DNA from: Mycolicibacterium smegmatis
Lineage (GTDB): Bacteria; Actinomycetota; Actinomycetes; Mycobacteriales; Mycobacteriaceae
Direction of reading: 5' to 3'
Length of the DNA stretch: 32,000 nt
Assembly: GCF_001457595.1 (NCBI RefSeq)
Contig: NZ_LN831039.1
Span: 1,920,001 to 1,952,000, forward strand
Part shown: positions 17,795 to 26,973 of the stretch, one piece after another
How positions within the stretch are numbered: the stretch's first letter is position 1
Layout: each line of letters begins with the position of its first letter
Notes under the pieces: generated by a model
Database searches by the model: none
What the model was told of the DNA's origin: nothing
Seen by the model: only the letters and a program-made list of their open reading frames with translations
Made by a program: the position numbers and the translations under genes

Positions 17795-19296
17795 GCTCGA
17801 CCGGTCCGGACTTCGCTGTCGTCATCCCCACCATCGGACGGCCCACCCTGCAGCGCCTGATCGCGGCTCTGGAGAGGGATCTGGTGAACACTCCTGGTGT
17901 CACACCGCAGGCGGTGATCATCGTCGACGACCGGGCGGAAGCTGTTCCACCCCTGCTGATCACGTCGGAGCTTCCGATCACCGTGGTGCGCAGCGGAGGC
18001 CGCGGGCCCGCCGCTGCGCGTAATGCCGGGTGGCGCCGTGCCGACGCCCGCTGGATCTGCTTCCTCGACGACGACGTGCGCCCTGATCCCGGTTGGGCCG
18101 CGGCGCTCGCGGAGGATCTCGCGGCCGCCGACGCCACCGGGGCCGTCGGCTCGCAGGCGATCATCGGTGTTCCGGTCCGGCCCGGGCGACGCGTCTCCGA
18201 CGACGAGCGGCGAACGCAGCGGCTTGAGACCGCGCAGTGGATCACCGCCGACATGGCGTATCGCAGATCCGCGCTGGTCGAGGTCGGCGGGTTCGACGAG
18301 CGCTTTCCCCGCGCCTACCGCGAGGATTCCGATCTGGGGCTTCGGATCACGTTGTCGGGGAAGGCCATCGTGCAGGGTGGTCGCCGCTCGACACATCCCG
18401 TGGCACGGGCGAGGTGGGCAAGCAGCGTGCGTGCACAGGTCGGCAATCGAGACGATGCCCTGTTGCACCGCAAGTACGGCAAGGGCTGGCGACCGGCCAT
18501 CGGTGAGGGCCGGGGCCGCCTGTCCGCGCACATCGCGACGACCGTGGCGGCCTGCACCGCGCTCGCCGCGCGCGACCGCCAGGTGTCGCGGTGGGGCCGC
18601 ATAGCGTGGTGCGCCCTGACCGCCGATTTCGCGCTGCGCCGGTTCCTGTCCGGGCAACGCACGGTCGGCGAAGCGGCGCGGATGTTGGTGACCAGCATCC
18701 TGATCCCACCGGTAGCGGTGTATCACCGCCTGCGCGGGGAGTGGGACCACCGTGCCGCACGTCGTGATCCACCGCTCGCGGTGCTTCTGGACCGGGACGA
18801 CACGATCATCGAGGACGTCCCGTATCTCAACGATCCCGGCGGTGTCGTTCCGGTGGCCGGGGCCGACGACGCGTTGAACAGCCTGCGCGCCAACGGGATA
18901 CTGCTCGCGGTGGTGACGAATCAGTCCGGGGTCGCAAAAGGGCTGATCGACACGGACCAGTTGGCCGAGGTCAACGCGCGCGTCGACGAACTGCTCGGGC
19001 CGTTCGACACCTGGCAGATCTGTGTGCACGACGCAGGCGACGGGTGTGAATGCCGCAAACCCCGGCCCGGCATGGTGCTGGCCGCCGCCGAGGCGCTCGG
19101 TGTACCTCCCGACCGCTGCGTGCTGATCGGCGACACCGGAGGCGACGTGCAAGCCGCACTGGCTGCCCGCGCCCGAGCGGTCCTGGTGCCCACCGGGAAA
19201 ACCTTGCCGCACGAGGTTTCACATGCGCGTGAGCGGGCACGCGTGGCGTCGACGTTGACCGAGGCGGTGGCGATGGTGCTCAAGGAGGCCCGATGA
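17791..19296 (+). CDS. fusion of GT2 glycosyltransferase and GmhB-like HAD-IIIA phosphatase (TTG start)
   Basis: N-terminal GT2: FAVVIPTIGRPTLQRLI...VDDRAE...FLDDDVRPDPGWAA; C-terminal HAD: LLDRDDTIIEDVPYLNDPGGV...VTNQSGVAKG...CVHDAGDGCECRKPRPGM...IGDTGGDV. GGAGG RBS at 17781-17785, TTGA overlap with the previous stop. Confidence 0.85.
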   Translation: MSSTGPDFAVVIPTIGRPTLQRLIAALERDLVNTPGVTPQAVIIVDDRAEAVPPLLITSELPITVVRSGGRGPAAARNAGWRRADARWICFLDDDVRPDPGWAAALAEDLAAADATGAVGSQAIIGVPVRPGRRVSDDERRTQRLETAQWITADMAYRRSALVEVGGFDERFPRAYREDSDLGLRITLSGKAIVQGGRRSTHPVARARWASSVRAQVGNRDDALLHRKYGKGWRPAIGEGRGRLSAHIATTVAACTALAARDRQVSRWGRIAWCALTADFALRRFLSGQRTVGEAARMLVTSILIPPVAVYHRLRGEWDHRAARRDPPLAVLLDRDDTIIEDVPYLNDPGGVVPVAGADDALNSLRANGILLAVVTNQSGVAKGLIDTDQLAEVNARVDELLGPFDTWQICVHDAGDGCECRKPRPGMVLAAAEALGVPPDRCVLIGDTGGDVQAALAARARAVLVPTGKTLPHEVSHARERARVASTLTEAVAMVLKEAR

Positions 19297-20315
19297 CCCG
19301 AGCGGTGGTGGCGCGACTCGACAGTGCCGGTGATGTGCTGATCACCGGTCCTGCGGTACGGGCCGTCGCGGCGGCCCACGACTCGGTGACGTTCCTGGCC
19401 GGTCCGCGAGGCCGCGCCGCGGCCGAGATGCTGCCCGGTGTCGACGATGTCATCGAGTGGCAGGCACCATGGGTGGACTTCGACTCCCCCGAGCTCACCG
19501 CCGGTCATGTGGAGGCGCTGGTCAAGCAGCTAAGCGATCTGACGCCCGAGCGTGCGCTGATCTGCACGTCATTTCACCAGTCGCCGCTGCCCTTGGCGCT
19601 GCTGTTCCGAATGGCCGGGGTGCCATGGATCGGCGCCATCAGCGAGGACTATCCGGGAACTCTGCTGAACCTGCGACACCACGTCGAGCCGGGCGTACCG
19701 GAACCGGAACGCGCGTTGTCCCTCGCGCGGGCAGCCGGATTCGACCTACCCGCCGGCGACGACGGGTCACTGCGGGTGCGCACGGCACCCGGGCTGCCAC
19801 GTGAGCTCGCCGATCGGATCGGACCCGACCCATTCGTGGTGTTCCACCCCGGTGCCGCGGTTCCGGCGCGCAGGCCCACCGCCTCACGCAGCGCACGCAT
19901 GGTCCGCGCGCTGCACGCGGCAGGCCATCGGGTGGTGGTCACCGGGGACGACCGCGAACGGGATCTGACAGCCGCGGTCGCAGGCGATGTCGCGGTCGAC
20001 CTCGGTGGCGCCACGACGCTCACCACGCTGGGCACGGTCTTCGCGCACGCCGAGACGGTCGTCGTACCGAACACCGGGCCGGCGCATCTGGCGGCCGCGG
20101 TCGGCGCCCCGATCGTCTCACTGTTCGCGCCGGTGGTGCCGGCATCGCAGTGGAGCCCATACGCGCGCAACGTCATCCGGCTCGGTGACCAGAATGCGCC
20201 GTGCCGTCAGACCCGTGCCCGCGAGTGCCCGGTGCCCGGCCATCCGTGCCTGGACGGCATCACCGACACCCAACTGGTGGACGCGGTCGAACGACTGGGA
20301 GGGAGACCACGATGA
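19293..20315 (+). CDS. GT9-family (ADP-heptose:LPS heptosyltransferase-like) glycosyltransferase
   Basis: VVARLDSAGDVLITGPAVRAVA; VVFHPGAAVPARRP; VVVTGDDRERDL; VVVPNTGPAHLAAAVGAPIVSLFAP. Confidence 0.88.
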   Translation: MTRAVVARLDSAGDVLITGPAVRAVAAAHDSVTFLAGPRGRAAAEMLPGVDDVIEWQAPWVDFDSPELTAGHVEALVKQLSDLTPERALICTSFHQSPLPLALLFRMAGVPWIGAISEDYPGTLLNLRHHVEPGVPEPERALSLARAAGFDLPAGDDGSLRVRTAPGLPRELADRIGPDPFVVFHPGAAVPARRPTASRSARMVRALHAAGHRVVVTGDDRERDLTAAVAGDVAVDLGGATTLTTLGTVFAHAETVVVPNTGPAHLAAAVGAPIVSLFAPVVPASQWSPYARNVIRLGDQNAPCRQTRARECPVPGHPCLDGITDTQLVDAVERLGGRPR

Positions 20316-20962
20316 AAGAAGCGGTGGGCAAGGTGATCAACCCCACATCAACTGCCTCGGCAGGGATAGGCCCGATCGGGGACCACGTCGCCGCACTCGG
20401 ACACGCGGTCGGTCGAATCGACTGCGAGACCCCGCGCCTGACCCGGTGGGGCAGACACCTCGCGCAGATCCTCACCGGCGGAGGCCGATTACTGGCCTGC
20501 GGTAACGGCGGCAGCGCCGCGGAGGCCCAGCACCTGACCGCCGAACTCGTCGGACGGTTCCGTGACGAACGGGTCCCGTTGTCGGCCATCGCGTTACACG
20601 CCGACACGTCGGCGCTCACCGCGATCTGCAACGACTACGGCGCCGAAGAGATCTTCGCCCGCGGCGTACACGCGCACGGCCGCCCAGGCGATGTGCTGGT
20701 GGCCCTGTCGACCAGCGGAACCAGCCCGAACGTGCTCGCGGCGGTCAAGGCCGCCCACGCCGAAGGGCTCACCACGTGGGCCATGACCGGGCCCGCACCC
20801 AACCCGCTGGCGGCGATGTGCGATGACGCGATCTGTGTCGAGGCGCCCAACACAGCAACCGTGCAGGAGATCCACCTGCTGCTGGTCCATGCGTTGTGTA
20901 TCGCGCTCGACGGCGTATTGCCCATGAGCGGAGGGGTTTTGGGGGTGCGTGATGCGCGGTGA
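20312..20962 (+). CDS. gmhA: sedoheptulose-7-phosphate (phosphoheptose) isomerase
   Basis: SIS domain: LLACGNGGSAAEAQHLTAELVGRFRDERVPLSAIAL...DVLVALSTSGTSPNVL...EIHLLLVHALC. Confidence 0.88.
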   Translation: MKEAVGKVINPTSTASAGIGPIGDHVAALGHAVGRIDCETPRLTRWGRHLAQILTGGGRLLACGNGGSAAEAQHLTAELVGRFRDERVPLSAIALHADTSALTAICNDYGAEEIFARGVHAHGRPGDVLVALSTSGTSPNVLAAVKAAHAEGLTTWAMTGPAPNPLAAMCDDAICVEAPNTATVQEIHLLLVHALCIALDGVLPMSGGVLGVRDAR

Positions 20963-22317
20963 CCCGCTTGTGATCGTCGGGGACTGCATGCTCGACGTGG
21001 ATGTCGAAGGAACCGCGACACGGCTCAGTCCCGAGGCGCCGGTGCCCGTGGTGGACGCCCAGCGGGTCTGGCACCGACCGGGCGGGGCGGGCCTGGCGGC
21101 CATGCTCGCCGCGCGAGGCGAACCGGACGTCGTGCTGGTCACCGCGCTCGCCGACGACGAGGACGGCCGTCGCCTTCGCGGCCTGCTGGAGCGCGCGGGC
21201 GTCGCGGTGGTCTCACTGCCGCTGAAGGGAACCACGGTGTGCAAGACCAGGATCCGTGCGGTCGGACAGTCGATGCTGCGTCTGGACCACGGTGACGGCA
21301 CGGCCGCCGACGACGAGCTTCCCGCTCAGGACGCGGGTGCTGCACCAGGCGCGGGCGATATGCGTCGCCGACTACGGCCGCGGCGTCACGGCGCACGCCG
21401 GTATCCGCGGAATCCTCGGCGACGTTGCCGCGCGGGTGCCGGTGGTGTGGGATCCCCATCCGCGCGGTGCGCCACCGGTGCCGGGATGCCGGCTCGTGAC
21501 CCCCAACGAGGCCGAGGCGCAGGGTCGCTCGGCCGAGACGATGCGCGAACAGTGGCAGGCCGACGCCGTGTGTGTGACCCTCGGCTCACGGGGAGCGATG
21601 GTCGCCACGGAGGACGACGGCACGGTGCTGGTGGCGGTGCCCAGCACCGTGATGGCCGCATCGGGACGATCCGACACGTGCGGCGCGGGCGATCGCTTCG
21701 CCGTCGCTGCCACGCTCGCACTCGCCGACGGGCATGCCGTCGTGCCCGTGGTCACCGCGGCCGTCGAGGCCGCCGGCAGGTTCGTGGCCGCAGGGGGTGC
21801 GGTGGGGGTGTCGAGTCCGGCCGAGTGCGGCGGATACCGGGGCGCCGCGGGAGAAGCGACCGCGGTCATCGGGGACGTGACCGAGATACGAGATCGCTTG
21901 CGCAGCAGGGGCGGACGTCTCGTGGCCACGGGAGGCTGTTTCGACCTGCTCCACACCGGCCATGTGCGGCTGCTGCACCAGGCGCGCCAACTGGGCGACG
22001 CCCTCGTGGTGCTGGTGAATTCGGACTCGTCGGTGCGGGCGCTGAAAGGTCCTGACCGCCCGGTGATGGCCGACGTGGACCGTGCGCGGGTCCTCGCGGC
22101 ACTGGCGTGCGTGGATGCCGTGGTGATCTTCGACGAGTCCTCACCCGAACAACAGTTGGAGCGCCTGCGTCCCGACGTGTGGGTCAAAGGTGGTGACTAC
22201 ACCGAGGCCGATCTGCCGGAGGCCGCAGTCGTACGCCGCCACGGTGGGGAAGTTGTCCTGCTGCCCACAGTGGCGGGCTATTCATCGTCGAATCTGATCG
22301 CAGCGATGCGGTCATGA
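20952..22317 (+). pseudogene. hldE: HldE/RfaE bifunctional heptose-7-P kinase / heptose-1-P adenylyltransferase, frameshifted near 21321-21330
   Basis: PfkB N-part VIVGDCMLDVDVEGTATRLSPEAPVPVVD (frame of 20952) continues in another frame VLHQARAICVADYGRGVTAHAG...SDTCGAGDRFAVAA...LVATGGCFDLLHTGHVRLLHQARQLGDALVV...KGGDYTE. Confidence 0.75.
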
Positions 22318-22333
22318 CAAGAGGGGGAGTCAC

Positions 22334-23026
22334 ATGAACACGAACATCGGGAACGTGATCATCACCGGCGGCGCGTCGGGTCTGGGTGCTGCCACCGTCG
22401 AAGCCGTTGTCCGACAGGGGGGTACACCACTCGTCCTGGACCGGAACACGCCCGCGGCGGACGTGCCGTACCGCTGTGTCGACCTGGCCGACACCGGGGC
22501 TGTCGAGACCGCGGTCGCCGCACTGGCCGACCAGGTAGGCGGTGTGGTCAACGGTGTGTTCACCGCCGGGGGCACCGACGCGTGCGGCAAGCTCGCCGAT
22601 GTCCCGGTCAAGGACTGGGAGCGGGTGATCCACGTGAACCTTCTGGGAACCGTGGCGGTGGTCCGCGCGGCGCTGCCCTACCTCAGATCGAGTGGGGGAC
22701 GCATCGTCACGTGCGCTTCGACGCTGGGCGTCAAGGCCGTGAGCGACGCCACCGCCTACTGCGCGTCGAAGTTCGGCGTCGTGGGTTTCAGCCGCGCGCT
22801 GGCCGCCGAACTCGCGGGCGAGGTGGGCGTCACGTTGTTGATCCCCGGCGGGATGCACACAGCGTTCTTCGACGGACGGGACGAGCAGTACAAGCCGCCG
22901 GCGGATGCCAAGCTCAACGATCCGGCGAACGTGGCCCAGACGGTGCTGTTCGCGCTCTCCCAGCCCGCCGGGTGTGAGATCCGGGAACTGGTCGTCTGCG
23001 CATCCACCGAATCATCATGGCCGTGA
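22334..23026 (+). CDS. short-chain dehydrogenase/reductase in the glycan locus
   Basis: VIITGGASGLGAATVEAVV; YCASKFGVVGFSRALAAEL. Confidence 0.85.
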   Translation: MNTNIGNVIITGGASGLGAATVEAVVRQGGTPLVLDRNTPAADVPYRCVDLADTGAVETAVAALADQVGGVVNGVFTAGGTDACGKLADVPVKDWERVIHVNLLGTVAVVRAALPYLRSSGGRIVTCASTLGVKAVSDATAYCASKFGVVGFSRALAAELAGEVGVTLLIPGGMHTAFFDGRDEQYKPPADAKLNDPANVAQTVLFALSQPAGCEIRELVVCASTESSWP

Positions 23027-23985
23027 CCTCACCGGGAACCCAGTGGAATTCGTCCGTCGAGCACGTGCTCGTGCTGCGGGCGCTGGGACTCGGTGACCTG
23101 CTGACGGGCATACCCGCGCTGCGCGGCCTGCGCCGTGCCTTTCCCGGCGCCGTCGTCACGCTGGCCGCCCCGCAGCGGTTCGCCGATCTGGCCATGCTCT
23201 CCGGCGCGGTGACCGAGGTCCGGCCCACCGACGGACTGGGGCGGCTGCGGCCCGGGCCCCGGCCGCCGGATCTCGCGGTCAACCTGCACGGCAGCGGGCC
23301 GCAGAGCACGGCGGATCTGCTGGCGCTGCGACCCCGGACATTGCTCACCCACCGCCATCCTGAGTATCAGGATGTGTCCGGCCCGCCGTGGCGTACCGAT
23401 CTACACGAGGTGGATCGCTGGTGTCATCTTCTGCAGTGGTACGGCATCGACTGCGATGCAGAGGATCTCGCGTTGCCCAGACCCGCGGGGTATGACGACT
23501 TCTCCGGGGTGGTGGTGATCCATCCCGGTGCGGCGTACCCGGCGCGCAGGTGGCCGGTCGAGCGGTTCGCCGCGGTCGCGGGCGCTCTGCGCGCTGCCGG
23601 TCACGATGTGGTGGTCACCGGCGACGCGAGCGAGGAAGACCTCGCACGTTCGGTCGTCGAGCTCGCCGGTCTGCCCGAAACCTGCTTGTTCGCAGGCAAG
23701 CTCGATGTGCTGGGACTGGTGGCGCTGATCAGCGACTGCCGGCTGTTGGTGTGCGGCGACACCGGGGTCGGCCACGTCGCGACGGCCACGGGTACGCCTT
23801 CGGTGCTGTTGTTCGGGCCCACCCCGCCCAGCCGTTGGGGCCCGCGCGGGAACGGACCGCACGTGGCGTTGTGGGCCGGCGACCGGGGCGATCCGCACGG
23901 CCAGGAACCGCACAGCGGCCTGCTGCTGATCACAGTGCCCCGAGTGCTCGACGCCGCACGAGAACTTCTGGGGGTGCGAGCGTGA
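23017..23985 (+). CDS. GT9-family heptosyltransferase-like glycosyltransferase (second copy)
   Basis: VLVLRALGLGDLLTGIPALRGLRRAFPGA; VVVIHPGAAYPARRWPVERFA; LLVCGDTGVGHVATATGTPSVLLFGPTPPSRWGP. Confidence 0.9.
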   Translation: MAVTSPGTQWNSSVEHVLVLRALGLGDLLTGIPALRGLRRAFPGAVVTLAAPQRFADLAMLSGAVTEVRPTDGLGRLRPGPRPPDLAVNLHGSGPQSTADLLALRPRTLLTHRHPEYQDVSGPPWRTDLHEVDRWCHLLQWYGIDCDAEDLALPRPAGYDDFSGVVVIHPGAAYPARRWPVERFAAVAGALRAAGHDVVVTGDASEEDLARSVVELAGLPETCLFAGKLDVLGLVALISDCRLLVCGDTGVGHVATATGTPSVLLFGPTPPSRWGPRGNGPHVALWAGDRGDPHGQEPHSGLLLITVPRVLDAARELLGVRA

Positions 23986-25277
23986 AGGTGGGCGTCGTCG
24001 GAGTCGGCTACGTGGGATTGACCACCGCGGTCTGCCTCGCCGAGCGCTCCCACGACACCGTGTGCATCGACATCGACGAGAACCGCGTGCGGCAACTGTC
24101 CTCCGGCATCACACCGATCGACGAGCCCGGTCTTCCAGAACTGCTCGAGGCCGGACTGCGGCACGCGACGCTGCGATTCAGCAGTGACATCGGGGCGCTC
24201 GCCGATCGCCAGGTGGTGTTCGTGTGTGTTCCCACGCCCAGCGGCGACGACGGGTCGGCGGACCTGCGCGCGGTCGACGACGTCGTGGAGGGCGTCGCGC
24301 GGGTCGGTGCGGCAGGAGCGGTACTCGCGATGAAGTCGACAGTGCCGGTGGGAACCACGCGCCGGGTCGAAAACCGGCTGCGCGAGGTTGGAATCCACGC
24401 GGTGTCCAACCCGGAGTTCCTGCGGGAGAGCCACGCCGTCTACGACTTCCGCCACCCCGACCGGATCCTGATCGGGTCTGATGACGAGGCGGCGGCAGAC
24501 GTCGTGGCTCGGGTGTACGGCGAGACGGCCCGGGAAACGGCGATGCGCATGAGCCCCGAGAGCGCCGAGCTCGCGAAGTACGCCAGCAACGCATTCTTGG
24601 CATTGAAGGTCTCGTATGCCAACTCGCTGGCCCAGCTGTGCGCACATGCCGGTGCAGACATCGGCGACGTCGTGCGGTGCATGGGCGCCGACGTCCGGAT
24701 CGGACCGCACTTCCTGCAACCGGGCCCGGGGTGGGGCGGATCGTGTCTGCCCAAGGACACCGCGGCGCTGCTGCACACCGGTCGCCGCTACGGCGTCGAT
24801 CTCCCCGAGGTGTCCTCGGCGTGTGCGACCAACCGCGCGCAGGCCGCTCGGATCATCGCCGTGCTGCAGCGCAACATGTCCGCTCCCATTGCCACCGCGC
24901 GTGTGGCGGCACTCGGCCTGACGTTCAAGGCCGGCACGTGCGACATCCGGGACTCGCCCGCGTTGGCGGTGTGCGAGGAGATGGCGCGCGCGGGCGCCCA
25001 GATCAACGGTTACGACCCGCGACTGGAGATGATCGACCACGCCGTGCTGCGTCGCTCCTCGGTGGCCGCGGTGGACGACCCCTACCTCGCGACCAAGGAC
25101 GCCGACGGCATCGTCATCTTCACCGAATGGCCCGAATTCCGCGATCTGAACTGGTCGAGGATCGCCGATCAGGCACCGGGCGCGGTGGTGGTGGACACCC
25201 GCAACCTGCTCGACCCCGATTCGGTGAAGGCCCGCGGTCTGACATACCTCGGCAACGGCAGACCCGCGGGGTTCTGA
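23982..25277 (+). CDS. ugd: UDP-glucose 6-dehydrogenase, GTG start overlapping preceding TGA
   Basis: VKVGVVGVGYVGLTTAVCLAE; VPTPSGDDGSADL; GPGWGGSCLPKDT; GLTFKAGTCDIRDSPAL. Confidence 0.92.
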   Translation: MKVGVVGVGYVGLTTAVCLAERSHDTVCIDIDENRVRQLSSGITPIDEPGLPELLEAGLRHATLRFSSDIGALADRQVVFVCVPTPSGDDGSADLRAVDDVVEGVARVGAAGAVLAMKSTVPVGTTRRVENRLREVGIHAVSNPEFLRESHAVYDFRHPDRILIGSDDEAAADVVARVYGETARETAMRMSPESAELAKYASNAFLALKVSYANSLAQLCAHAGADIGDVVRCMGADVRIGPHFLQPGPGWGGSCLPKDTAALLHTGRRYGVDLPEVSSACATNRAQAARIIAVLQRNMSAPIATARVAALGLTFKAGTCDIRDSPALAVCEEMARAGAQINGYDPRLEMIDHAVLRRSSVAAVDDPYLATKDADGIVIFTEWPEFRDLNWSRIADQAPGAVVVDTRNLLDPDSVKARGLTYLGNGRPAGF

Positions 25278-25280
25278 GCG

Positions 25281-26297
25281 TCAGCCGCGCGCCATCCTCC
25301 GGATCAACCGGGCAGTCGCGCGGTCCAGCACGGACTGACGCTCATCGGCAGACCGCGTGCGCGCGGCGCGGCGCACCGCGGACTCGATCGTGATGCCGTT
25401 GCGGTAGGCCTGCACCACCCGTGGGTCGACGTAGGCACTGCGCGCGACCGCAGGGGTGTTCCCGAGCCCTTCGGAGACCTCCCGCATCACCGCCGACTCG
25501 ACGCGCTTGACCACTTTGGGGTCCACCGGCGGATCGGCATCGACGAACGCCTCGGCGGCCAGCACCGTGCCGTGCCAGGTACGCAGGTCCTTGACCGTGT
25601 AGTCTTCACCGACCATCTCTTTGAAGCGAAGATTGAGGTCGTCGGCGTGGACCTCCACCCAGTCCGCCGATTCCTGGTACGCCAGAAAACGTTCCCCGCG
25701 CTTGCGGTGTCGCTGCAGGGCCCGCACGGCACGGACCACGTCGTCGTCCTCGACGAGCAACGTACGCCGTACCCCGCTCTTCGCCGGATAGTCGAACTCC
25801 ACTCCGTCGCGGCCCACGCTCACGTGCTCGCACTGCAGTGTCGCGATACCGAACGAATTGTTCTCCTCGGCGTATCTCTCACCGCCCGCACGGAAGTATC
25901 CGAGGTCGAGCAGACGCAGCCCCAGCGCCAGCACCCGATCGCGGCGCAGGCCTCGCCGGGCGAGATCGGCTGCCACGTGCTGTCGCCAATCATGAAGCCC
26001 TGCAGACATTTCCAGTACGCGGTCGAATTTCTCCTCACTGCGTTCCTGTTGCCACTGCGGGTGGTACAGGTACTGGCGCCTGCCTGCGACATCGGTGCCG
26101 ACAGCCTGGATGTGCCCGGAAGCATGCGGGCAGATCCAGACCGCCTTCCAGGCCGGGGGGATGACGAGATCGTCGATGCGCTGCAGCACCTTGCGATCAG
26201 TTACCGCCTGCCCGTCGGGCTTTCGATAGCTGAAGCCTCGGCCCCTGCGGATCCGCTTGATCCCGGGGCCGTCGACGACGCTTCGACGCAGCCGCAT
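25281..26297 (-). CDS. DNA topoisomerase IB
   Basis: GRGFSYRKPDGQAVTDRKVLQRIDDLVIPPAWKAVWICP; HPQWQQERSEEKFDRVL; DLRTWHGTVLAA. Confidence 0.9.
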   Translation of the reverse strand: MRLRRSVVDGPGIKRIRRGRGFSYRKPDGQAVTDRKVLQRIDDLVIPPAWKAVWICPHASGHIQAVGTDVAGRRQYLYHPQWQQERSEEKFDRVLEMSAGLHDWRQHVAADLARRGLRRDRVLALGLRLLDLGYFRAGGERYAEENNSFGIATLQCEHVSVGRDGVEFDYPAKSGVRRTLLVEDDDVVRAVRALQRHRKRGERFLAYQESADWVEVHADDLNLRFKEMVGEDYTVKDLRTWHGTVLAAEAFVDADPPVDPKVVKRVESAVMREVSEGLGNTPAVARSAYVDPRVVQAYRNGITIESAVRRAARTRSADERQSVLDRATARLIRRMARG

Positions 26298-26316
26298 GAT
26301 CAGCAGCTCGCGACGC

Positions 26317-26343
26317 GTTTAGTGCCCGCGTAGGCACGGGTAA
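26317..26343 (+). promoter_or_regulatory. candidate SigF-type promoter (GTTT-N17-GGGTAA)
   Basis: GTTT 26317-26320, GGGTAA 26338-26343; GTG start at 26353. Confidence 0.45.
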
Positions 26344-26352
26344 CCCGCAGGA

Positions 26353-26973
26353 GTGACGCGGGTGGGCCCTCGGGCAGGAGACGGTGAAGAGGTTCGCCGG
26401 TTGTCCCTGGGCGGCAATCCGAAATGGATGGGGCTGCCGTCATCGCAGCGGCCGCCGATCACGATGGTTCATCCCGAGCGGTTACCCGGTGCCCCGGCGC
26501 CGTACACCGTCGACCGGCGTCGTGTGGTGGTCGAGGTCCCGGCGCGCGAGGCGATGCTCGTGACGCTACGCAACATTCTCGGGGCGATCGCGACCTTCGA
26601 GGGCCTGGACAGTGACGTGGTCGCCGACCTGTGCCTGGCGGTGGACGAGGCGTGCGCGGTGCTGATCAACGCGGCCGCGCCGGACTCGCTGGTGTCTCTC
26701 GACATCGTCGCGGACGCACAGATGCTCGTCGTCGACGCGTCAACCACATGTTCACGTCCTGAGGACGCGGGCCTCGGTCGCTTCAGTGAGCGTGTGCTGT
26801 CGGCGCTGACCGATGAGGTCGGCACGTTCGCGGCGGCGGCCGACACGGCGAACAGCACAGAAGACGATCCCGGAAGCAGCCCCGAAAACGGCACGGACCC
26901 CCGAGGGGTGTTCGGGATATCCCTGACCACCCGACGGAGGCCGCCGACCGCTTCTGACCCGGTGTCGGACTAA
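26353..26973 (+). CDS. RsbW-like anti-sigma factor / HATPase_c-type ATP-binding protein
   Basis: VVEVPAREAMLVTLRNILGAIATFEGLDSDVVADLCLAVDEACAVLINAA; similar to the truncated protein at 31866. Alternative ATG at 26464. Confidence 0.7.
   Translation: MTRVGPRAGDGEEVRRLSLGGNPKWMGLPSSQRPPITMVHPERLPGAPAPYTVDRRRVVVEVPAREAMLVTLRNILGAIATFEGLDSDVVADLCLAVDEACAVLINAAAPDSLVSLDIVADAQMLVVDASTTCSRPEDAGLGRFSERVLSALTDEVGTFAAAADTANSTEDDPGSSPENGTDPRGVFGISLTTRRRPPTASDPVSD

Noticed and set aside
17056-19212. 718-aa minus-strand ORF
   Set aside because: Lies opposite the clearly homologous carbamoyltransferase and GT2-HAD genes; no recognisable domain; high-GC antisense artefact.
23601-25040. 479-aa minus-strand ORF
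   Set aside because: Antisense to GT9 and Ugd genes with strong motifs; composition not protein-like.
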